From contig JNEM01013894.1 in NCBI GenBank assembly GCA_000697335.1, positions 1 through 46,209 on the forward strand: 46,209 bases of DNA. The letters run 5' to 3'. The notes below the pieces were generated by a model. The model worked only from the letters and a program-made list of their open reading frames with translations. It did not search any database and had not been told where the DNA came from. The stretch is from Conidiobolus incongruus B7586 (taxonomy: Eukaryota). Each line of letters begins with the position of its first letter. Position 1 is the first letter of the stretch. Of the stretch, positions 35,511 to 46,209 are shown in pieces. The translations under genes and the position numbers were made by a program.

Positions 35511-37507
35511 ATTACAATGTATAATTTAGGTGATCTGATAACTAATCACCCTTCAGAAGACCATACCTTTCCCATTCTTACTAAATATCACTGCCTCCTT
35601 GAAAAGACAGCCTTATATTATACATCCAAATAGAATAGGAAAAATAGATTTACCAAATAGATTCATAAATATAATTAATTTCAATTAACAATTTGTCATA
35701 TATTAATTTTCTACAACTATGATTTTTACATCGAATCAAAAAATACCATATCATCAAGAGCTGATTTCACCCATTAAATATATTATTAATCCTCTTATAT
35801 TTCACAAAACATTCCAAAATAATATTCTCAATTCATACTCATCAAGCTAAAACCCTTGTAAATTACACATATATTAAATCAATTCAATTTTAATATTAAA
35901 TTTAGAAATAAAATACTTCATAATTTCAAAAAATATCAAACAAAATTTTAAATAGATAAATTGATTAAAAAAAATTTTTTTTCAATAATATTAACAAATT
36001 ATAATCTATATATTTCTAAAATAAAATTTTTATTTAATTAAATTTTATAATTTTATTAAATTTTAATAAATTAAATAGTTAAACTCGTTAATTTAAAAAT
36101 TGTCTTAGTAGAAATACTCTTTCATATTTAAATTTAAAAACACAATAATTATATATCAAGGTATATTAATTAGTTTATCTTTTAATCTTTAAGTTGATTT
36201 GAATTTTATATAAATCCTTCCCGTGATACAATAAAAATTGAATATAATAAGTAAATGGATAAAGTGGTTAAAATTAGGAATTTCATGTTAAATCAATTTA
36301 ATATTTATTTGTACCATATAATATTTCAAAAATATAATTATATATTGATTAGAATATGAGTAATAATATTTTAAACATTCAAGTATATTTTTTTATTATC
36401 CTGTTTCATTAATTAATATATGATATAAAGTTAAATTATTTCAATATTATCAATTATTAAATCACTTACAATTTTTTTTTCATAAATTAATCATTCCTTA
36501 ATATTGAGATTATAGAAGGGATTTAAAGTGTTTTATCAAGTATAAAATATAACAAAAAAGAAATTGAAAGAATATACAATTTGGGCTATTAATATCTTTT
36601 TCATTTTTTATTTTTAATAAATTAAGTTATATTGAATTTTTTTTTCAGATCATGTATAAACCCCTTAATTTTTATATTACTCAATTCGGTAAATCCTCAA
36701 TAATATCAAACCATTTCAATTGTAACAATCTCATGAAAAATTATATTAATTATAACTTTATCTTTAACTAATAGTTATATAATTTAAAATATTTCGTTTT
36801 AAATATTAAATATTGTACCAAATAATTCTTATGTGATTGATAAAATAGAATTAATTTGATATTAAAAAAAATATCAAACTTACTTTTTATAGTAACTATG
36901 AGGATCGTGTAAAGAATTGTAGAAAACTATTATGGATACAATTTTTGAGAATATTTGTTAATTCATATTGATAGAGAGATATAGATTAACACACTGAGTA
37001 GCAATAAGTATTGAGAGAGATTTATATAGTATATATTTTGTTTGGATTTCAACTTAGTCATTAAAATACTGATAATTTAGCTTAAAAAAATTTTAAGCTT
37101 AAGAGTAGATGATTGACAAGGTTATGTTGACAAAGAACAAATAAAAAAATCAAGGGATGAATTGATATTAATAAACCATATCTTATAAAGCGAAATCTCT
37201 TTATGAAATGTATAATATAAGATATATCCTGTCTTCTATTATATAGATGAATAATTGAAATTGATTCATATAATCAATTAGGGTTAATTTTCTTGGTTTC
37301 AATATTGGTGAATTTTAATTGAAAATTTTGTATTTGCGTAATGATACAAGAGTGATGAGAGAAATTGGATATAATAAATAAGATTTAATGAATGTAAAAT
37401 CCACCTTAAATTCAAATTTTTATCCTTAAATCAAGAATTTATCATTCAATTGGTCAATCTAACCAAGTTACTGCTTATTTAATTTGATTGATCTTTTTAA
37501 TTTTACT

Positions 37508-39063
37508 ATGTTCGCTCGCCCCAGAAGGAGAAAAGTCGCCGATATTGGCGACACCGCCTCCAACTACTCTTCTGATGCTGAGAGCAACGACCGAGATCTC
37601 TCCGGTTTGCAAATTCCCGATGATTCTTTACCATTGCGGTTGACAGCCGTTGCCAATTCACGAATTCGTCGTTCATCATCAAATAACAACTTGGGTCCAT
37701 CTCAACTTATAACCAAACTTGGTCCAACGCCTACAAATTTATTGGGCAGCCCTGTTCGTCAACAACCGAATGGCAGGAGATCTATCTCTGGAAGTTATGC
37801 GCAAACTGTTTATAGTCAAACTAATAATTTTGGTGTTAAACCTTCTTTCAGACGATTTCGACACCAATCTTTATCTTCTCAAGAGTTACTAAGTTTGCTC
37901 AATCGCTCGCATACTTCTCGCTCTTCATTAGAAGCTTCTTTAGCTGAGTTAAGATATCATATATTGTCCGAAGGAATTAATTTAGAGGTTAGTTTTATAT
38001 CTTTTTAATATAATATAGATTTATAATTTTGAAATTAGGACGAATCAAATCCTAACTCGGCTTCAAGTATAAGATGTCGTGCTTGGAAAGCTCTCTTGGG
38101 AGTTTATCATGTGTCGGCTGGAGAATATATAGAATATGTTGCAAAAGGGCCTTCGAGTATGTATGAGAAAGTTAAGAACGACACTTTTAGGACACTTGCT
38201 ACTGATAAAAAATTCACTAATAAAGTTCAAGAACCAATGCTCGTTAGAGTTTTAAATGCTCTCGTATGGAAATCTAAAGATGCCCCTAGCTCTGGACATA
38301 GGTTTCAGTATGTTCAAGGTATGAACGTTTTGGCAGCTCCCTTTCTCTATGTTATGCCCGAACTTGACGCCTTTTACTCCTTCTCTACTTTTTTGAGTTA
38401 CAATTGTCCCCTTTATGTTCAACCTTCACTCACAGGCGTTCATTGCGGTCTTAAAGTAAGTTTTCACGTTTCTTTTTTATTGACATAGTTTTAACATTAA
38501 TTTTTATTAGCTAATGGATAGATGTCTTGAAGTTCTTGATCCCGAATTATTCGCCTTTTTATCCGATAAAGGATTATCAAGCGAAATTTACGCTTTTGCC
38601 TGTAAATAATTTTATTCTTAAATTTACGATTTACAAGTTCTCACTATGTTTTTTAGCCGTTATGACTTTTAGTGCTTGTACACCGCCACTAGACGAAGTT
38701 TTAAAACTATGGGATTTTCTACTTGCTTGTGGTGTCCATTGTAATATTATATGCATAGTAGCTCAGTTAATGATGATTAGGAGTCATTTACTCTCTAGTC
38801 CTAGGTAAATAATTATTTTAATTTTCATTTTATTACGATATTAACGTTTTTACAGCCCAATGAAAATATTACGAACTTTCCCAGATTTACAAGCAGGTCC
38901 AATTATTCAAAAAACACAGCAATTAGTCACATTACTTCCTGAAGCACTTTACGATGATTTAGTGCGACATCCTTTCGACATTACAGTGTGCGATAAATAT
39001 CTAGATATCAAATCTCCTCTTGGATTAGCCACGCCCATGACTTTTGAACATCCTCAAAATTAA
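37508..39063 (+). CDS. BUB2: Bub2/Cdc16 TBC-domain GAP (mitotic exit/septation network); exons 37508-37987, 38039-38455, 38511-38601, 38657-38804, 38856-39063
   Basis: Motifs IRCRAWKALLGV, KVKNDTFRTL, YVQGMNVLAAPFLY, CPLYVQPSLTGVHCG, YAFASVMTFSACTPPL, LWDFLLACGVHCNI, SPMKILRTFP. Four GT-AG introns of 51-55 nt with consistent phases. Confidence 0.9.
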
Positions 39064-40808
39064 ATTCCATCTCACTATAACTACACCTTCCCACGTGTTT
39101 ATCAATTTATTGGACATAATCTTTTGTTCATTGATCAAAAAATCTACCTAATTTTCACTTATTGAGGTTATGTGGTGGCCAATTACATAAATTATCAGAA
39201 AAAAAGCCTTTCGACAGCCAAACATTCTAAAATTTCTAACAATATCGAAAACCACGGGAATAATATCACTTTAATTTCTAACTAAAAAAATTCCAATTGA
39301 CCTAGTATAAACAAAAATAACATTGGAAACTCAAGAATAAACACTTTTCTCAGGCAGGACCTTCACTTCTCAATCCACCATATACTTTTTATATCTTGAA
39401 CACTTCATTACATCTCCATGAACCCTTGACTTCAATCCTTTACCAATACTATACTTGTGCAATCTATTAGTCTTTTTACTTCATCATTAGAATTCACCTC
39501 TCAATTATAATAATATACCAATGATATTTGTGTATATTATAATTTATTGAAATATTATAGTATAATGTATCAATATTTTATATAAATTGTTTTAAAACTT
39601 ACACCTAATTAATTTTTTACGAATGATTATTTTTCATACTAACTGAATAGACAATTATCAACATTAATTATTTTTTTTCACATAAAAGATTTAATATTAC
39701 ACCACAATTTTATTTAGGCAATTTCAAGTTGAAGAATATGAACCAATATACATTTTCCAAATTGTTGAATACATTCTGAATGTTATTTTCAATTATGACA
39801 TCACTTGAAATTTACTATGAAAATAGTTTAAATAAATCGATAATTGATATTAAGATAGATACGTTTAGATAAACAATCATTATATCAAATGTATTATCAA
39901 AATGTGTAAATAAAATGAATATATATATATATATATTCGAAATGATACTTGAGTTGCTTTTAATTAATATATTAATATTACTCCAAACTTTATTAGATTC
40001 CAAATTTTTATTATTAATTCAAATATTAGTTATTCAATTATTAAATGATGAAAACAAAAAATATCTATAATAAGTATTCCAATTAATAAGTAATATTTTA
40101 AATGTGAGAATTCTTTAAAATTTGTGGTTTTCACTTATTAATCAGATGATTTAATTTTTTTATTTTAATTTTACTCTTATTAAGTTTCTTAGAAAATATC
40201 ACTCAAAAGTTGTGAGATTATATATTGAAACCATACTTTATCATAGTATAATAGATATTACTGATATTTATTTTTATATTATTCTGTAAAGACTATCAAT
40301 TAGAATTTATTTTCACTAGTGTGAGTCTATAGTTGATCCAAGTGCTTAACTTAGTTCAATTTCATTAATTTTACATCATTTCAATAAATTGAATATGAAA
40401 GCAATTATAATATTAGGCCAATATATTGAAGATTAAAACTACATTTATTTTATAAATAAAACCTAGTTTATAATATTCTATATATAAATATGGAATAGTT
40501 CGAAATGATTTGATGAAAAATAAACAATGTTGATTTTATCCATCTGCATAGGATTCTCAGTCCTTTTAAAACAGCGTTTTAATGAATTATTTACCAATCA
40601 ATTTAATATTGATATTTATTCAACTTCAATTCTTTATTGTGAAAATCTGAATATATAATTAAGATAGTGAAATAATATAAATCAATGTTGGTAATAGTTT
40701 CTATATTGATCAAATTTCTTCTAAGTGCAATAACACTAACTCATTTAATGAAAACTTCAAGCTTCAAATTTTGCTAATTCAATTGAATTATTATGAATAA
40801 TATAATAT

Positions 40809-41195
40809 TGTCGCGGATTGGGAGGTCCGCTCGCCTTTCAACTTTAGTCGTCCGTCAAGATTCCAGATGTAATCCACTTACAAATATCAGGAACAATCCT
40901 TGCACAATGGAAAATTCCAGACTATAACAGAAGTTAGAGTTTCAACACATTGGCAAAGGATCAACCACACTATAAAATAGTCACTGGACAGACATTTGCT
41001 GGAGGATCACTTCGATCAGGGCCAAGCCCTACATCTTGATATTTTAATAAAACCCCTCTAAAGTATCTCGTTAGTCGTCCTTGGCCCGTTTCATCGAATT
41101 CACATAATCTTTATCGCAAGACTGCTTTCCAGAAGTCTTGCAATATAAAAATTGGCACATGGGGTCCACAAGTTATATAATGGACCTTTGCGTCA
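40809..41195 (+). mobile_element. 387-bp GC-richer island, solo-LTR candidate (or structured RNA)
   Basis: Sharp boundaries TGTCGC...GCGTCA (imperfect TG...CA inverted termini); TATAAAAT at 40971 and AATAAA at ~41046; single copy in the window and no clean target-site duplication. Confidence 0.4.
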
Positions 41196-41686
41196 ATTTC
41201 ATTTATATTTCATCTTTTTTATTATTCATGTACACTTTAAAATTTGATAATTTTAGTTTCTATTATTTCTAAATTAGATTATATATTCTCTTATAAACTT
41301 TTTAGCAATATAAACTATATTTCCATATCATTATTATATTTCAGATTCATCAAATCATTGATCATATAAGTTTATTTGTCAAATAACATAATTCTAAATC
41401 TTTGATCTATTTGAATTATACCAGAAGTATTTGAGTAAAATTTGATAAATAAATAATTAAAAGGGGTTTTTAAAGATTCAAGGTAAAGTTTTAAATTAGA
41501 TACATTTCTGGTGTATATTATATTAAAAATCGTACCTTGCAAATATATTAGTAGTATAAAAAAAGTATTGTATTTAAAATTGATTAGGACTGTTGATTTG
41601 ATGTTTCAAATCAAATTTCCCATAATTTTATTTAAACTTAAGCAATTCAAACGGAATTATTAAGTTCGATTTGAACCAACTGCTTT

Positions 41687-44513
41687 ATGTCAAATCGTAT
41701 GGAATTAAATTTTATTCCATTTAAGAATAAAAATATTAATACTACAACCCTGAGGAATGATCAAGGTATGGACGATATAAAATCAGATTCACCACCCCTT
41801 CAGCCCAATGTCATCAGAGGTTTGAGCGACAAGATTTATGACAAAAGGAAAGCTGCTGCATTTGAAATTGAAAGGTACAAACTATTTCAAATTATTGAAA
41901 TTATAATTTTGATACTTTTTTTTCTCATATATATTTATTTTATTAAATATTAAATATTAAATATTAACTCACAAATTATTTTAATAGAATAGTTAGAACT
42001 AATTTAGCTAACTCAGACGATCAAAATATTCATCAAATTATAGCTTTCCTATCCAAAGAATTTATTAAATCTGACCAAATAAATATGAAAAATGGTGGTT
42101 TAATAGGTTTAGCAGGAGTAGCTATTGCTTTAGGACAAGTAATCATTATTCATCACATTAGTCAAAATCATTTATTTATCTTAAATATTCTATTTTAGGA
42201 TATCGACCCTTATTTGGATCCTATTATTGAATCTATGTTAATCTGTTTCGAAGATCCCGATACGAGGGTGAGGTATTACGCGTGTGAAGCAATGTATAAT
42301 GTAGCAAAAGTAGCTAAGGAATTGATATTACGTCATTTTAATCCTATTTTTGACCAACTTTGTAAAATGTCTATTGTAACTGATGCACCAACGAAAAACG
42401 GATCCGCTCTGTTAAATCGATTATTAAAGGATATTTTGACTGAGCAAAGTGTTGATCCTAGACCTCATCCAGATCCACTTAATTCTGTATCTAACCACAG
42501 AGAACAGCCCCTAATTGACTCCAAAACAAGTCGCTTTAATTTGCCAGGCTTTTTACCATTACTCACAGAAAGAATGAAGACTGTGAATTCTCCATGCAGA
42601 AGTTTTCTAGTTGATTGGATTGCGTTATTGAATTCAATTCCCGATTTAGAATTGATCATTTATATTCCAGCTTTCTTGGGTGGTTTAATGGAGTTTTTGT
42701 CAGATTCGAACTCAGATGTAAAGACTATAACACATGTTTTGTTATCTGATTTTCTCAGAGAAATCAGACTCAGTGCCAGGCAAGATAATACCGTTAATGA
42801 CGACGGACTCTGGGAGCCTGGTAAAGGGGTTAAGATTGCCTATGAGCCTATCATCAACATACTTTTACCATATCTGAAGTCATCTGAAGAGGATATCCAA
42901 CAAACCGCATTGAGATGGATTGATGAGTTTATTAACCTTGCACCTGATGTAATACTCCCTATGATGCCTCAATTAATTGAATCCGTTTTACCTTGCCTAG
43001 CTCATAGTAACATTAATATCCAACACAGTGCATCTGAGTGTAATAGCCACCTATTTGCTTTGGTTGAGGACTCATATACCCAGCTTCAGTCTCCTTCAAT
43101 CCACACAAAGTCACCAGTCCCTTCAGAAAACAATTCACACAGACCACCTTCCGGGTTAACTTCAGAAACAGCTTATGATAATGCTGATCAGCAAACTGAT
43201 ACGTTATCTCAAAAAACTACAGAGTCTCGCTCTCAGTCTAGAATAGGTATGGAACACGATTTGTTTGACTATCAACTAATGGTCAACAGTTTGACACTTC
43301 AGTTTTTAAATACACATGAATCCCCCAGAATTGTAAGTTTGGACTGGTTGTTAATGCTACACAAAAAGGCGCCAAATAAAACATTCACCACAGATGACGG
43401 TACTTTCCCAGTATTACTCAAGACTTTGAGCGATCCTTCTGAAGAGGTTGTAAAGCGTGACCTTAGGTTACTGGCTCAAATATCGTCTCATACCGACAAG
43501 GAGTATTTCCACAAGTTTATGGTTGATTTACTTTCCTTATTTAGTACTGATCGTCGCCTGTTGGAGAACAGGGGCTCTTTGATTATCCGTCAGCTTTGTT
43601 TGTCTCTCGATTCAGAGCAAATTTATCGTACTTTTGCTTCAATATTAGAAAAAGATAAGGATCTTGAATTTGCTGCAATGATGGTTCAAAACCTTAATCT
43701 TATTCTGATGACTTCACCAGAATTGTCTGACCTTCGTAAGAAGCTCAAGAGTCTTGAAAGTAAAGATAGTCAGGCACTCTTCTCATGTTTGTACAGATCA
43801 TGGTGTCACAGCTCAGTATCTGCATTTTCACTCTGTTTGCTAGCCCAGGCATATGAGCATGCAGCCAACCTCTTGCATTCAATTGCTGAACTTGAGATTT
43901 CTGTTGCCATGTTGATTCAAATTGATAAATTGGTTCAATTGTTAGAATCACCAGTGTTTACATATCTGAGGCTTCAACTTTTGGAACCTGACAGATATCC
44001 ATATTTATTCAAATGTATGTATGGTTTACTAATGTTATTACCGCAGTCTTCAGCATTCGTAACGCTCAAAAATCGTCTTTCATGTGTATCGTCCATGGGA
44101 TTCCTATCGGTCAATGGTGCACCAGCGGCAAGTACGTCTAGATACACTGAGCCACTACGACGTGTGTTGAAGTCTTCTGACGGTAAAGAAACCGGACTCA
44201 AATTCCCTGAACTCCTATCCCATTTCCGAGGAGTCCAATCCAAACACGAAAAGACTCGCAAACAAGGTAAACTAACCACACTCTAGATCCATTACCCATT
44301 ACAATGAATTAAATTGTTATATAATAATTAGCCTCTCAACCCCAGCTGACCGAAGTAAAATCCAATAAACCCGCAACTCTTACTGCAAGTCCGCCCACAG
44401 TCCCTAATTCGCCAAATGTTCAATCAGGCAGAATTCCAAGGAGACCTGAATCTCCTTTATTCGTGCTCAGACATCAAAACTCAGCACCCAATGTTCGTCA
44501 GCCCCTAAACTGA
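41687..44513 (+). CDS. VAC14: Vac14, HEAT-repeat scaffold of the Fab1/PIKfyve-Fig4 complex; exons 41687 (or 41768)-41874, 41988-42138, 42199-44266, 44332-44513
   Basis: Motifs RGLSDKIYDKRKAAAFEIER, KNGGLIGLAGVAIALG, DPDTRVRYYACEAMYNVAKV, FSTDRRLLENRGSLIIRQLC, LIQIDKLVQLLESPVFTYLRLQLLEP, YGLLMLLPQSSAF; phase-consistent GT-AG introns. Confidence 0.95.
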
Positions 44514-46209
44514 AATCCAATTTAAGTAAGTAGTACTAATTTTGTTTGATAGTAATAAATTTTATTTAGTTAATTGATCACGAATGATATATTATAATTA
44601 TAAATTATTAACATTTTTTGAATTGAATCCTATATATCTGTAATTTGAAATCGATAATTTAAAAAATTTGAATTTTAAAGAATAATTTTTGAATTTAAAA
44701 AGTTTAAATATTAATTGTAATTTCATAATTTAGGATTAAATTCAATTATGTTTTTTTATAATCTTTGTAAGTTATCAATGTTATAAAGATATATTATAAA
44801 TACTTGAAATAAAGTACAATAGAAATCCAATAAATTCAAATTTAATTATTTTTAATATTAATTTAATAACTTATTAGTTTTAATCAAATTTTCATTCAAG
44901 AATTATTCCATAATTGATATATGAATTTTTCTGATCTTTTAACTTTAATTGAAAATTGAAGTATTTAATACATATCTATCAAATATTTTAAATTGGATAA
45001 TATATTATGTAGTTTATGAAAGTATGCATCAAAATCAAAATACGTATGAAGATTGTTAAGGATTTAAATTTCAGATGTAAACCTTTTTTAAACATAATTT
45101 ATTATTAAAATAAACATTACAAATTGCTTATAATATTAGAATACTATAGTAATTAATTGCTATTGTCTGTTGAAATTAAAAATTTCAAATTTTGCAATAT
45201 ATAATTAAAAAAAATAATTTTAAAAGATTTAATCTTTTTTATTAGTTATATATTTAGAAGATATTTAAAAAAGTATTACCTTTAAAAATAAGATACTATG
45301 AATCATATTGATATCAATAATTCTTGTTAAAACAAATAAATATAGATTTATCTTAAGTATATATTAATAATATTTCAAAAAGTATATAGTAAATAAAAAA
45401 ATAATAATTATTATTAAGACTTTATAAATAAAATTTAGTTTTAATATTTTTAAGCTTTTTAAATAATACTTCCTTATTTAACTTAAGTAATATTTTATAA
45501 TATTTACTTATATTATTAACAAAACATACTAAATAAATAAATATTAATATTTTATAAATAAGCCACAGGTTTAGTTTAATAATAAATCCACAGTTTTTTA
45601 ATTATTATTATTATATAAAATATAATCTATGGTAATATATAAAGAAATAGATTTCTGAATAAAATAACATTTGACTTTTTTAATTTAGATAAAGATAGTA
45701 AAAATTATATTTATATTGTTTTATTAATTATAATTGGTTATTTAGTAAATTGTTTATTTGATATTTATTTTAAATAATTTACTTAAAGATATTTTTTTTA
45801 AATAAAAGGACTATTTATAATATTATTGATATTGATTTTAATGATAGTTAAGTCTTATAAAAATTAATTTGATTTATCAAGATAAAATGTTATTAATTAA
45901 TAATAATAAAGAATAAATTATTAATATAAGGTTAATTGTTTAAATAAGAAAAAATAACCCAATCTCATTATTTAGTATTACTTCAAAAAATTACTAGTAT
46001 AATATATTAGATTATGATAAATATCAAGGATAACTCAAAAAATTTATAAGGTAAGTTTAATATATTAAAATCAAAATATATAGTAAATTATAATCCTAAA
46101 AGAAAAAAAACCATAGATTTTTTTATTTTTTTAATAAATAAACAATTATTAAACAAGTGATTTTATATTGTTTTTATTTTTAATATAATATTTAATTATA
46201 TAAAATATT

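Noticed and set aside
44600..46209. Extremely AT-rich tract, possibly another hypermutated transposon
   Set aside because: No protein motif or repeat partner recoverable by eye.

Overview
Very AT-rich eukaryotic (fungal) genomic DNA with short, mostly 50-65 nt GT-AG introns. It is probably an early-diverging zygomycete-grade fungus such as Entomophthorales; this is inferred from gene content and composition, not proven. The left half is a repeat-rich accessory region with a cluster of four M18-family (aspartyl aminopeptidase/DNPEP-like) genes. All four have N-terminal signal peptides, and they fall into two reciprocally defective types. Type A (6457-7890 -, 18168-19610 +) has lost the two ligands unique to one catalytic Zn site (E302->K, H440->N, human DNPEP numbering). 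It keeps the trans-acting catalytic His170 and ends in an ER-retrieval-like FDEL. Type B (10156-11671 -, 21220-22727 +) keeps the full dimetal site but has His170->Glu and no retrieval signal. This suggests an obligate hetero-oligomeric secretory-pathway aminopeptidase whose active site is split between two paralogues. Around the cluster are transition-riddled DD34D mariner relics, solo-LTR-like repeats, a tRNA-Asp gene and a decayed tRNA-Asp copy. The right half has ordinary housekeeping genes: a PPR-like mitochondrial protein, a telobox Myb (TRF/Tbf1-like) protein with an acidic 18-bp tandem repeat, a mitochondrial J-domain protein, BUB2/cdc16 and VAC14.
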